DNA from: a virus
Taxonomy: Duplodnaviria; Heunggongvirae; Uroviricota; Caudoviricetes
Length of the DNA: 35,005 nt
Strand: one strand, 5' to 3'
Virus record (IMG/VR): IMGVR_UViG_3300035396_000446
Location: 1-35,005 of that record
Below, piece after piece: positions 1 through 8,845 of this stretch (position 1 is the stretch's first letter; the number at the start of each line of letters is the position of its first letter). The translations under genes were made by a program, and so were the position numbers. Below the pieces are notes generated by a model. The model was not told the origin of the DNA, did not search any database, and worked only from the letters and a program-made list of their open reading frames with translations.

Positions 1-1298
1 CCGTTTTGACCATTTTCAAGCTGATACTCAATCATATCCATTTTATCAACATCTTGTTCTGTTAAAGACCATTCAATTTGAATATAATTAGAGTTTGCGT
101 TTACTAATGTGTCGATATAGCTAGTAGAACCTTCTGTAAAGTTCCAACCTGAAATTTCTTCAACAGGAGTCGTTGATGAAGTTCCGTAGTAAACATAGAT
201 AACATTTTCACCAAAGTTATTTACACCTGGCTCTATTTTAATATTATTTCCGTCTGTACCTTTTGTTTTTGCTTTCACAGTTGCAACATTTATAACTACA
301 GAGGATGCAGTTGCATCATCATATGTAACAAAATCATTGCCAAGTAAAGTCGCAAGCTCAGAATTACCAACGGCACTAAAAGTTAAAGAAGCTGTGTCTC
401 GCGAAGCTCCAACAATATAAAGTTTATCAGCAACAGCACTAAACTTATAATGTGTATCGTCTGTATATCTTTGACCCTCTAACTGAGACGCTAAACGAGA
501 AGCAACTTGTGCTCCAGTGATTCCTGATGTAACAGCGTCAATAGTGTATGTAAAGAAATCTTTATCATTTTCTTGAAATACCAATGTACTAGCTCCTGCG
601 AGGTCGCTAAAATCAGCCGATGTTAAACTATCACTTTCAAGAACGGGAGCTTGAGTATAGATAACTGTTTGTTGTGCATACCATGCTCTTTCAATTTCAT
701 AGTCTTCAACACCAATAGTATCCGCCCAACCCATATAATTATATACACTGGAGGCTATCTCCATTAGATTTGCTTTTCTAACTGTATCAGAAAATTGAAG
801 ATCGATGTACTTAGTGTCTGTTACTATGGCTTCAACGTAGCTAGAAATAGAAGCAGTAGTGAATTTACTATTAAGGTCAGCAGCAACAGCATCTGCGGTT
901 AGGTCAGTACCGGCTGTTAAAACAATCTCTGTACCAGCTAAGCCTCCATTAATAGAAATTTTTAATTTCTTTCCATTAGTAGTAGAGTTAAGGGTAAACT
1001 TCTGCTTAGTAACTGTCCCTCGATAAATTATATCTTGGTCATACGCAGTTCTTACAACTAATAAATCACTTGAATGATTTAAAAAATTAAGAGCGGCTTG
1101 AGCCAGGAAAGCATTATCTAAAACACTACCGAACTTTGTTCTAAAATCATCAGTGCTACTTACAACAGTTGGGACTCCGATTGGTCCTTTGTTTGCTTCA
1201 CCGACTAACAAAAGAGATGTCTTTGCTGGGGGGATTACGAATCCCGACAAATCTTTTTCAAATACGTTTACGTAAGGGGAAATTCTTCTTACAGGCAT
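1..1298 (-). CDS. Tail sheath protein, T4 gp18-like (N-terminal part; runs off the left edge; absent from the ORF track)
   Basis: Manual translation from ATG at 1298 gives MPVRRISPYVNVFEKDLSGFVIPPAKTSLLLVGEANKGPIGVPTVVSSTDDFRTKFG, matching the sheath N-terminal SPGVxxxExDxS...GxxxKGP...FG signature. The frame is open to position 1, there is an AAGGAG SD, and the gene follows the gp15-like gene. Confidence 0.9.
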   Translation of the reverse strand, partial: MPVRRISPYVNVFEKDLSGFVIPPAKTSLLLVGEANKGPIGVPTVVSSTDDFRTKFGSVLDNAFLAQAALNFLNHSSDLLVVRTAYDQDIIYRGTVTKQKFTLNSTTNGKKLKISINGGLAGTEIVLTAGTDLTADAVAADLNSKFTTASISSYVEAIVTDTKYIDLQFSDTVRKANLMEIASSVYNYMGWADTIGVEDYEIERAWYAQQTVIYTQAPVLESDSLTSADFSDLAGASTLVFQENDKDFFTYTIDAVTSGITGAQVASRLASQLEGQRYTDDTHYKFSAVADKLYIVGASRDTASLTFSAVGNSELATLLGNDFVTYDDATASSVVINVATVKAKTKGTDGNNIKIEPGVNNFGENVIYVYYGTSSTTPVEEISGWNFTEGSTSYIDTLVNANSNYIQIEWSLTEQDVDKMDMIEYQLENGQN

Positions 1299-1308
1299 TA
1301 GTTACTCC

Positions 1309-1494
1309 TTAAACACTTTTCATCTTTATAAATTCTTTTTTCAGAAGATCTTGAATTATGGAATCTACTAATACATCACTATTAAATACCATTTTCGAAC
1401 GAGCTTTTACGCTCACTTGTCGTCCTTCCGAAATTAAAACAGATAGAGGATGATAAAGAAGATTTTTAATTTCTACTTTTTTTGTCTTTGTCAT
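1309..1494 (-). CDS. Small basic hypothetical protein (61 aa)
   Basis: AGGAG SD overlaps the upstream stop, and its own TAA overlaps the sheath SD. Tightly packed in the operon. Confidence 0.7.
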   Translation of the reverse strand: MTKTKKVEIKNLLYHPLSVLISEGRQVSVKARSKMVFNSDVLVDSIIQDLLKKEFIKMKSV

Positions 1495-1504
1495 TCAGGT
1501 TCTC

Positions 1505-2239
1505 CTAAAAACTTACATTTCTTTTTATATAACTAAGAGTATGTTCCAAATAAACATCATCTTGTATATTATCTTTAATTACAGATTTTTTTTTTTCTAA
1601 ATCTTCTACAATAGATACGAAAGTCTCAACAACTTCGATCTTCTTTGCAACATACCCTCTATCTAACCTAGGGAGTCTGGCATCCATTTCTACTACCATA
1701 TTTAGCTTAATTTCTCTCTCATTTTTATCCCCTTCTCCCTCGGATACCTCTTCACAGCTTTTAAGCATACAGCAGCAATAATAAGGCATATCATTTATTT
1801 TCTTCCATTCTGGCTGGTCTACCATTAGATACATTTGAGGGGTGAAGGAGTTCTCTATCTGATATTTGATTGTATCAGATTCTTTTAAGTACTTAAACCA
1901 AAAGTTTACTTCATATGTTAAGTTATAAAACCCAGGTTTAGCATTTATGTAGTTTCCGCCCACAGAGTACAAAATATCAGGTATTTGGTTGTGTTCTTTT
2001 TGTACTTCCCAACTTTTAAGATTAAAAGAACATATAGGTCTTACGATACTATAATTCTTTCTCTCTCTTACTATTTTCGTCCAAACTCTCTCTGATTTAC
2101 CATAGTGAACGCTTACCGATTCTCCTGGCACAGTTAATCGCTGTAGCCAGTCTCTTAAAAGTAAGGAATAAGGCTTAAAGAAGTTCGTATGTTGAACTGT
2201 TTCTGGGTCAAAAGATTTAGAAAGGTCAATTAGGGACAT
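1505..2239 (-). CDS. Tail terminator / sheath stabiliser, T4 gp15-like
   Basis: YNLTYEVNFWFKYLKESDTIKYQIENSFTP resembles the gp15 core (PY...FEL.I......D..QI.EQI...F.P). Synteny: after gp14-like, before sheath. Confidence 0.7.
   Translation of the reverse strand: MSLIDLSKSFDPETVQHTNFFKPYSLLLRDWLQRLTVPGESVSVHYGKSERVWTKIVRERKNYSIVRPICSFNLKSWEVQKEHNQIPDILYSVGGNYINAKPGFYNLTYEVNFWFKYLKESDTIKYQIENSFTPQMYLMVDQPEWKKINDMPYYCCCMLKSCEEVSEGEGDKNEREIKLNMVVEMDARLPRLDRGYVAKKIEVVETFVSIVEDLEKKKSVIKDNIQDDVYLEHTLSYIKRNVSF
1568..1580 (-). promoter_or_regulatory. Internal copy of the putative late-promoter motif (AATTAAAGATAAT), upstream of the 61-aa and sheath genes
   Basis: Matches the motif found in five intergenic regions, but lies inside coding sequence (IKDN). 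Confidence 0.35.
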
Positions 2240-2242
2240 ATA

Positions 2243-2317
2243 TTACAACTCTTTGAGATTATTAACTTTAATATACTGCCCGCATAGAGGATGATTTAAA
2301 AACTCTTCTTGAATCAT
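2243..2317 (-). CDS. Leader micro-ORF, 24 aa (MIQEEFLNHPLCGQYIKVNNLKEL)
   Basis: GGGGGAG SD precedes the ATG. The TAA ends 3 nt before the gp15-like ATG, which has only a weak SD. Confidence 0.5.
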   Translation of the reverse strand: MIQEEFLNHPLCGQYIKVNNLKEL

Positions 2318-2349
2318 ATAACTCCCCCAGGAATTTTTATAGTATCTCT

Positions 2350-2363
2350 ATTATCTTTATTTT
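2350..2363 (-). promoter_or_regulatory. Putative phage late promoter motif AAAATAAAGATAAT with upstream A-tracts
   Basis: Recurrent intergenic motif at the head of a minus-strand operon. Confidence 0.6.
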
Positions 2364-2385
2364 TTTATTTTTTTTTATCTTTTAC

Positions 2386-2414
2386 TTGACAATAAGTATG
2401 TATCATGGTATACT
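2386..2414 (+). promoter_or_regulatory. Sigma70-type promoter TTGACA-17-TATACT with extended -10 TGn
   Basis: TTGACA at 2386-2391, 17-bp spacer, TGG then TATACT at 2409-2414, AT-rich upstream region. Points at the only convincing plus-strand gene. Confidence 0.85.
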
Positions 2415-2439
2415 AATATAAGTAAAGAAGGAGTTATCT

Positions 2440-2487
2440 ATGTTATACATTTGTAAATCTATAAATTTAAAGGTGGGAAGAACATGA
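2440..2487 (+). CDS. Leader micro-ORF, 15 aa (MLYICKSINLKVGRT)
   Basis: AAGGAG SD at 2428-2433. The TGA overlaps the next ATG (ATGA), a translational-coupling geometry. Confidence 0.5.
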   Translation: MLYICKSINLKVGRT

Positions 2488-2831
2488 ATTATAAATTTTA
2501 TAAGAATGAAATAGGTTGGTTCATTGACCTCCCTAATTGGAAAGAGAACATAGCAGACCTACAATTAGTAGCAAACGCTGATGTATTTTTTGAAGAACTA
2601 GCAGCCGGGAATAATGAGGTATTTGCAACATTAACAGACGAAGAGGTTAAGGATGCATATGTATTCTCATTAAACAGAGTAAATAATGGTAAGAAAAAAG
2701 AGGCGTATTATGGGGGTGCTTTTTATGACGCCGAGATAAATGGTAGGAAATTGGAGATTTGGCTATGTGATGTCACAAAGTTTATTTTTACAGATTTTCC
2801 AAATAAAATATATATTAAAAAACTTAGTTAG
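2484..2831 (+). CDS. Conserved hypothetical protein (resembles the DUF6717 family)
   Basis: FYK...WFIDLP.W......L.LVA.AD and WLCDVTKFIF..FP..IY match my recollection of this family. It has its own promoter. Family name is unverified. Confidence 0.7.
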   Translation: MNYKFYKNEIGWFIDLPNWKENIADLQLVANADVFFEELAAGNNEVFATLTDEEVKDAYVFSLNRVNNGKKKEAYYGGAFYDAEINGRKLEIWLCDVTKFIFTDFPNKIYIKKLS

Positions 2832-3303
2832 AGGGTTCGAAACTATAGCACTTATCATCGCCCTTCATTTCGACTGATTTTAATGTGTAGTTATATCTTT
2901 TCTCAATAATAGCCACAAAAGAATTATATAAACTGATTCTACTCTTTTCTTTGGCAGAGAAGAAAAATTTACTTGGTTTTTTATCTGCAAGAAATCTTTC
3001 CATAATATCAAAAAAGACACTGAACACTGACCCGGGCTTTTCAGTATCTTTTGTAATACCAAAAGTGGGCTTTCCATTTTTGACTCGCTCTAGTAAAAAC
3101 TCATACTCATCTTCTTTAATTTTTACTTTTTGAAATACTGCAAAGTAATCTTTGCCGTCAAATGAAAAAGGTACTTTATATCCAGTGCCCATTTCATCTA
3201 GATGGTCATCCCAAGAGAAGTCTTCCCAAAACTCTTTTGGAAGCCCCGTATTTAAAGATTCTAAAATACTTGCTATCTCTATTAGATTTTCAAAATATGT
3301 CAT
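2824..3303 (-). CDS. Hypothetical protein of large T4-like phages (159 aa; start revised to ATG 3303)
   Basis: ATG lies 1 nt after the stop of the gp14-like gene. The track's extension to 3471 overlaps that gene out of frame. VFSVFFDIMERF..DKKP..FFFSAKE.SRI.LY pattern is common in myovirus hypotheticals. Confidence 0.7.
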   Translation of the reverse strand: MTYFENLIEIASILESLNTGLPKEFWEDFSWDDHLDEMGTGYKVPFSFDGKDYFAVFQKVKIKEDEYEFLLERVKNGKPTFGITKDTEKPGSVFSVFFDIMERFLADKKPSKFFFSAKEKSRISLYNSFVAIIEKRYNYTLKSVEMKGDDKCYSFEPSN

Positions 3304-3304
3304 C

Positions 3305-4003
3305 TTAGTATACTTTTGGTTTTGGTTTACTTGGTGTCGGAGGAGGTGTGACAGGTGCAGTCGGAACTGTTGTTGCCCCTGAATCAATAGTAATATTAAC
3401 TGGGGCAGTGGGTTGCGCAAAATGGTCAATAGTATCGAAGGCTTTATCCAAAGTCTCTTCTCTGTACCCATAAAGGTCTGTCTTCTTTGCTTCTACTTGC
3501 CACATTAAGTACTGACCAAGGAAATTTCCATTCCCAAGAGCATTTACAACTTCATAGTGTTTCCATCCGTATAAAGATGTATATATTTTCAGAACATCAC
3601 CTATGTGAACCGCAGACCCGCCAAGATTATCGGATAATGTGCTAATATTAAAATTAACTTTAACTTCCTCGTTTTCGGTCATACCAAAGTTACCTAGTTC
3701 CTGAGCCCAAGTTGGTATTTCAAAAGCACCATATACACGGTATTCTCCGGGTCTTAGCACTTTTTCTCCTTCCTCATAAAGCTGATCAACTTTACCGGTA
3801 CTCTCAAGGTATTCTCTCTCTGAGAAACTTTTTAATTCGATATTGTGAAGAGTTATATTTCTTTTGACAGTTCGAACGTACATGAGCGGGGAACTTATTT
3901 TTATAAGTTCCGCGTTCATTGAGTTCATATAGGTCGTGTCATATCCGACAGTACCGTTTTGCCAGGGATTAAGTGTAACTGAGCTACTAGAATTGCAAGC
4001 CAT
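3305..4003 (-). CDS. Neck / head-completion protein, T4 gp14-like
   Basis: N..AELIKISS, LYEE, L..FG....EEV...F, IGDVLKI...YEV and F.GQY..W patterns parallel gp14. Lies between the gp13-like and gp15-like genes. Pro-rich C-terminal tail. Confidence 0.65.
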   Translation of the reverse strand: MACNSSSSVTLNPWQNGTVGYDTTYMNSMNAELIKISSPLMYVRTVKRNITLHNIELKSFSEREYLESTGKVDQLYEEGEKVLRPGEYRVYGAFEIPTWAQELGNFGMTENEEVKVNFNISTLSDNLGGSAVHIGDVLKIYTSLYGWKHYEVVNALGNGNFLGQYLMWQVEAKKTDLYGYREETLDKAFDTIDHFAQPTAPVNITIDSGATTVPTAPVTPPPTPSKPKPKVY

Positions 4004-4017
4004 TTAGGCCTCTCTTT

Positions 4018-4980
4018 TTACATCTGAGGTGAAGTTGGTGAAGACATATCCGTTGCTTGGTCTAAAATGTCTGCATTGGAGTTTGCATCGGGCTCTCCAG
4101 TGTCACCCATCGGAGCCTCGGCTGCGCCTTCTTCTCCACCTATACCTAAATCTACACCAGACTCCTCAGAGGCTTTTTCTTCACTCGGGACTCCAGCCAA
4201 TTCATTTTCAGTTTGAGCTTCATATGCTGCAACGTCATCATTGCTATTTTTAAGAGGTGTTAAATTGTCTTCTAAGTATTTCATTATAGATTGATATAAT
4301 TTAGCATGGAATACTTCTTGTCCGGGTAGGTTTGTAATTCTAATTTCATAAAGACCATTATCTAGAGATTTTAATTCTGTTTTACCAAGAACAATCTTCA
4401 TATCTTTTGCTTCAGTTAAAACCGGCTTTTTATTTTTTTTATTATTCGATGTGAATACATTGTAATCGATATCTTTAAATTCGCTATCGTTTGGTTTCTT
4501 AATAGAAACGGATGGGTCAAATAAATAATTAATAGATTTATCTTCTGTTATTGTCTTCTCTTTTCCATACTGACAATCAACTTCCATTTGGTCTACCGCT
4601 CCGGCGATATAAGCCAAATGATTCATCTGAGAGTTTTTCGGTAAAGCAGTATCTTTTGAAGGTCCAACTTGTCTCATCACTTGTTCTTGAAGAATTCTAC
4701 GTTTAACGTCTAACTCGGGAACTTCATTCCAAAACATGTTTTCTCTTTTCTTCTCTTTTTCTTTAATATTGTTATTAAATAAAGATTTATACTGAGACTC
4801 ATTTAGCCCTAATTTTTTACTGGTGTAATACAAGGAATCTTCATCTTCTTTTAAAATTTCTTTATATTTACCTTGCTTTACATCTATTCTATCCAAAGAA
4901 AAAATAAAAGAACTAGAAGTTGACCAGCAATAAATAGTTCTTCCTTCTTTATTTTTAAAAGAAAAGTTTGGTTGTTTCAT
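4018..4980 (-). CDS. Hypothetical protein with acidic low-complexity C-terminus (possible virion/core protein)
   Basis: 320-aa ORF in the operon with an E/D/G/A-rich tail. No family recognised. Confidence 0.75.
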   Translation of the reverse strand: MKQPNFSFKNKEGRTIYCWSTSSSFIFSLDRIDVKQGKYKEILKEDEDSLYYTSKKLGLNESQYKSLFNNNIKEKEKKRENMFWNEVPELDVKRRILQEQVMRQVGPSKDTALPKNSQMNHLAYIAGAVDQMEVDCQYGKEKTITEDKSINYLFDPSVSIKKPNDSEFKDIDYNVFTSNNKKNKKPVLTEAKDMKIVLGKTELKSLDNGLYEIRITNLPGQEVFHAKLYQSIMKYLEDNLTPLKNSNDDVAAYEAQTENELAGVPSEEKASEESGVDLGIGGEEGAAEAPMGDTGEPDANSNADILDQATDMSSPTSPQM

Positions 4981-4996
4981 ATATTACACCCTATGC

Positions 4997-5016
4997 TTGT
5001 AACACTTGTGTTACAA
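4997..5016. other. Inverted repeat TTGTAACAC-TT-GTGTTACAA
   Basis: Perfect 9-bp arms in the intergenic gap. No U-tract follows it on either strand. Confidence 0.6.
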
Positions 5017-5021
5017 AAAAA

Positions 5022-5252
5022 TTAATTAGCAGCTTTTCCTGCTTTCTCGCCCTTATAAGTATAAGAGGATTTTGGGATACCATTTTCAGACCCAACTTTA
5101 TCCCCTTTATAATTAGAGGTATCATTTGGAAGTTTTCCACCTTTACCAGCCGATCCATCACCTTTGTCTGGTGCATATGGGTAGGTTCCAGTAGGAAGGT
5201 CCTTGCAAGTCTTAAAAACAGTAGTGTCGAACGATTTCGTTGCTTCTTTCAT
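5022..5252 (-). CDS. Small Gly/Lys-rich low-complexity protein (76 aa)
   Basis: AGGAG SD, and the first gene after the motif at 5282. Confidence 0.75.
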   Translation of the reverse strand: MKEATKSFDTTVFKTCKDLPTGTYPYAPDKGDGSAGKGGKLPNDTSNYKGDKVGSENGIPKSSYTYKGEKAGKAAN

Positions 5253-5281
5253 TTATTTCTCCTAATAATAGTACAGTATTA

Positions 5282-5295
5282 ATTATCTTTAATTT
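5282..5295 (-). promoter_or_regulatory. Putative late promoter motif AAATTAAAGATAAT
   Basis: Intergenic, about 30 bp upstream of ATG 5252, with A-tracts upstream. Confidence 0.65.
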
Positions 5296-5308
5296 GTTTT
5301 ATTTTTTT

Positions 5309-5560
5309 TTATTTTTCTTCTGAAAAATCCAAGTACTCATCTAGTAAATTAAGTCCAAGTTTCAAGTCACGATTAAACTTAATATTTTCATTTACAAATA
5401 TAGGTTCTCCATCTTCTTCGAAAATAAGACCCCATTCTTTATCAATATTATTGTATCCAACAGTCAGGGTACATTTTTTGCAGTTTGCAGTTCCATCTGA
5501 TCGTAAAGCAAAAGACGTACTGTTACAATATGGGCATATTAAACTACTAGATAATTTCAT
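5309..5560 (-). CDS. Zinc-ribbon protein (CPYC...CKKC)
   Basis: Two CxxC pairs separated by 12 aa. AGGA SD. Confidence 0.7.
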   Translation of the reverse strand: MKLSSSLICPYCNSTSFALRSDGTANCKKCTLTVGYNNIDKEWGLIFEEDGEPIFVNENIKFNRDLKLGLNLLDEYLDFSEEK

Positions 5561-5563
5561 AAT

Positions 5564-6283
5564 TTATCCTATTATAATATCTACAGGTTTTGCTCTCATT
5601 CTTAATTCTTTTAAAAGTTCCGTCTGTTCAGAAGTGGACTGAGAGTTCAGTTCTGATGCATTAAAGTTAATTACGCCACCAGGACCCATAATACCGCTAC
5701 TAAACTTACCTCTGGCTTGACCTAACATACCCTTTACAATGGCAAGAGAATATCTTCTTATCCACTCATTTTGGTCTACATACCCGTCCGAAGGTGGGCA
5801 TCTGTATAAAACTGCGACTTTACCAACTTTAGATGGAGCAGGAAACAACCATAGTTTATCATCTATAACTTTATAGCTTCCCTCTGTTCCCAAGTTACGC
5901 TTCATGTCCTCTATATATCCTTTAAAAAGATAATAGTCACTCATTAATTGTTTAGAAGATGCTCTAAAATAATAGTAATATTGATTTATGAGTAAATATA
6001 CGGAGTCATCGCTATAATTTATATGACTTGCATCATAATAGACTTCTATAATATCATCATTCAGATTATTCATAACGTTTGATAGGTCATACCCATTTTT
6101 ACCAGGGGATACTTCAAACTGATGAACCATATTATCATAGCCTTGGTATTGAATCCATTTTTTTATAGCTTGTTCAACAGCTATTTCCACGCTTCTACAT
6201 GGAATCTCTACGGCTACCATGGGGTAACCCATCATTGCAAGAACGTACTCGTGAGTACCAGGGAATCGGTCTGTAAACTCCAT
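5564..6283 (-). CDS. Neck protein, T4 gp13-like
   Basis: N-terminal YVLAMMGYPMVAVEI...AVEQAI and C-terminal WIRRYSLAIVKGMLGQARGKF..GPGGVINFN...ELR...IIIG match gp13 signatures. Confidence 0.85.
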   Translation of the reverse strand: MEFTDRFPGTHEYVLAMMGYPMVAVEIPCRSVEIAVEQAIKKWIQYQGYDNMVHQFEVSPGKNGYDLSNVMNNLNDDIIEVYYDASHINYSDDSVYLLINQYYYYFRASSKQLMSDYYLFKGYIEDMKRNLGTEGSYKVIDDKLWLFPAPSKVGKVAVLYRCPPSDGYVDQNEWIRRYSLAIVKGMLGQARGKFSSGIMGPGGVINFNASELNSQSTSEQTELLKELRMRAKPVDIIIG

Positions 6284-6286
6284 ATC

Positions 6287-8767
6287 TTAACTCAAATTAT
6301 CCGCAAAATCAAAAAATGCAATGACATCATCATCGGTTTCTTTGAAACCTCTTACATTTATGTATTTTGAAACAAATATCTTACTATCGTCTGCTCCTTC
6401 TATACTTCGAAGAAGGAAATCCACTAAACTCTCATCTTTGTCTGATATGCCAGATTCATTGGCTCGCATATTTACACGTTCTATCTCATCTTTCTTTTTA
6501 TTTAGAGCAGATAAAAAGTTCGATGCTCTCTTCCTGAGATTCTTAACAACTTGTAAGTCCTTAGATACTTCTTCTTTAAACTTCTCATGGGGACTAAGTA
6601 GAGTGGGGTAATGCTTGTTCGCTCTTCTAAAATATAGCTTATCAATACCAGTCATACCGAGCTTTTTTAGTATTTCGTTCTCAAGTATCATTATATTATT
6701 ATCAAGAGCTTGTATGTATTCAGTTGTTGTATCAATGGGGGCATTTTCACCAGCTTCTACTAGTCTTCCATCTGAATTGGTTATAAGTTGTAAGAATTTT
6801 TTATTTGCGTCATTTCTAGAATCTTGAACTTCTCCTAGTTTATCTGACTCTTCTTTTATCTCATGGTGGAAGTAAGCACCTGGGTCTGTGCTTGTGTTAA
6901 TATCTTTAAGATCGGCATACATTTTTTCAGCAAACTTGAGCCGCTCCTCTAGATTTGCCTTTTCCTTTACTAGATCTTCTAGTTGTTTAGTCTTTAAAGA
7001 AATATACCGCTTTATTTCGTAATTACTTCGTCCAACCATACCAGGTTTTTCTTGTCTATCGCTTTCCACTTCTTTTATTTTTCTTTCAGTATCTTCTATA
7101 CGATGTTTAATATCTTGTAAATAATCAATCGCGGTTCTTCTATTTATGCCTTCCCCTTCTTCTGGCATCGCAATGTCACCAGGGGCGTCCGTTACTTCAT
7201 TTGGGTCTTCTACATCTCTTTGACTACTACCTTCATCTGAGTAAACAGGAGCATCCAAAGAACTATGACCAGCACTGGTGATGTCTCCTTTATATCCTTT
7301 TTGCATAAACTTTACCAAGGTAGTTTCAAACTCTTTTCCGATGTTCTTAGAAATCTCATCGAAAGAAGTAGTACTTCCACTTTTAGTGAGCTTTGAGACA
7401 ATACCCTTATATATGATGTCAAGAATAGCCTCTCCATAATAAGAATAAAATGTGGCATAATAAGTCGATTCTGTCCCATCCCCTGTTATATATTGGTATC
7501 CCTTCTTATTTGAGTCAAACCCAGCTTGTCGCCTAGCTTTTTTTACTAAATTTGCTATAATAGAATTAGAACTTTTACTGGCTATCTCATCTGCTGTTAC
7601 GATTTTATTAAAAAAACTATCTTTGTTTGGTCCGAATATAGCGTCGGATACAGGAATGGATGGTACGGTGTGCGCTGCCGAAGTATCTTCTGAGTCAGAT
7701 TGCGAATATGAAAAACCCTCTATATTCCCGCATTTTTTTGCTATAATAGTTTTAGTAGCATCATAGAGTGAAGTAGTTTTGATAGAGTTTACTAACTCTT
7801 TATCTTCTTTTTCATAGCCTGCTTCTTTATCAATGTTAATACCTTCAAAGTCTATCTGCTCAGAAGGACTTAGAAATCTTTCTTTCTTTCTATTAAGCTC
7901 CTCTGTACTTCTTTTGACTATATTATTCAATAAGTTTGATTTCTGTTGCTTTTTTAGGTTTTCTATCTTTTCTTCAATTTTCTCTATAGACTCATAATCT
8001 TTCTTAGCAGATCCTATTACAACAGGTAGATCGCTTACAATAACATCATCTGGTTTTGACCCATTTACAAACTCAACATGAGCTTCCGACCCGGTGTAAT
8101 AAATTTTTATATAAGCAGTTTTTGAAGAGCTATCAGTAACTGATACGCCGTCTTTTTTTGTATTTTTAACTTTATTAAGTCCCACACCGTAGTAACCACC
8201 CCTCCACTGACCTTTATTCCCATCTTTTTGAAGATCTGACCTATTCGAAGGAGGAGGGAGAAGAGACTTAATTGTTGTACCTTCGTTATTCTCTACACTA
8301 TATAGGGCAAACGCTCCGGAGTCCTTTTTTGTAAAGAAATTATCAATATGCCCAACATAAGTTTGTAATATTTTTCTATCTATATTCTTTGCATTCTTTA
8401 AAACATTTTTGGCGTAGTCAACTGCCTCTTCTTTAGTTAATTTTCCACCGCCAACTAACATGGGGTATTGCGCTTGTATTCTTGTTTTTACGCTTATTTC
8501 AACTCCCACAGAATCGTCGCCATTTACAAAAACATTAAACTTTTTTTGTAATAACTCTAGCGCAGGAATAGCAGGCTCTAAACCTTTTACTATTTGACTT
8601 AGATAATTCTGAATAAACTTCCGTGTTTGAGATCTTTTCCCTTCTTTTTCTTCCCCTTCCTGCAAAACAGAATCTCCATATAAAGCCTTATATAGATGCT
8701 CTGTGAATAGAGTGTACGAAGACCCCTTTTCATGGATAGAGTTTATTATACTACTTAGAAAATTCAT
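6287..8767 (-). CDS. Large hypothetical protein (826 aa) with C-terminal coiled-coil segments
   Basis: Long ORF with GAGG SD, first gene after the motif at 8813. Heptad-like K/E/L stretches. No family recognised. Confidence 0.8.
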   Translation of the reverse strand: MNFLSSIINSIHEKGSSYTLFTEHLYKALYGDSVLQEGEEKEGKRSQTRKFIQNYLSQIVKGLEPAIPALELLQKKFNVFVNGDDSVGVEISVKTRIQAQYPMLVGGGKLTKEEAVDYAKNVLKNAKNIDRKILQTYVGHIDNFFTKKDSGAFALYSVENNEGTTIKSLLPPPSNRSDLQKDGNKGQWRGGYYGVGLNKVKNTKKDGVSVTDSSSKTAYIKIYYTGSEAHVEFVNGSKPDDVIVSDLPVVIGSAKKDYESIEKIEEKIENLKKQQKSNLLNNIVKRSTEELNRKKERFLSPSEQIDFEGINIDKEAGYEKEDKELVNSIKTTSLYDATKTIIAKKCGNIEGFSYSQSDSEDTSAAHTVPSIPVSDAIFGPNKDSFFNKIVTADEIASKSSNSIIANLVKKARRQAGFDSNKKGYQYITGDGTESTYYATFYSYYGEAILDIIYKGIVSKLTKSGSTTSFDEISKNIGKEFETTLVKFMQKGYKGDITSAGHSSLDAPVYSDEGSSQRDVEDPNEVTDAPGDIAMPEEGEGINRRTAIDYLQDIKHRIEDTERKIKEVESDRQEKPGMVGRSNYEIKRYISLKTKQLEDLVKEKANLEERLKFAEKMYADLKDINTSTDPGAYFHHEIKEESDKLGEVQDSRNDANKKFLQLITNSDGRLVEAGENAPIDTTTEYIQALDNNIMILENEILKKLGMTGIDKLYFRRANKHYPTLLSPHEKFKEEVSKDLQVVKNLRKRASNFLSALNKKKDEIERVNMRANESGISDKDESLVDFLLRSIEGADDSKIFVSKYINVRGFKETDDDVIAFFDFADNLS

Positions 8768-8812
8768 GTTTTAAACCTCTCTGAATTATAGGAAAATCCT
8801 ATAGAATATAGT

Positions 8813-8826
8813 GTTATCTTTAATTT
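8813..8826 (-). promoter_or_regulatory. Putative late promoter motif AAATTAAAGATAAC
   Basis: Intergenic, about 46 bp upstream of ATG 8767. Confidence 0.65.
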
Positions 8827-8845
8827 ACTGAAATTTTTTACTCTT

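Noticed and set aside
3304-3471. N-terminal extensions given by the track for the 215-aa, 93-aa and 384-aa ORFs
   Set aside because: They overlap upstream genes out of frame. Downstream ATGs (3303, 13238, 22463) sit 1 nt after the upstream stops.
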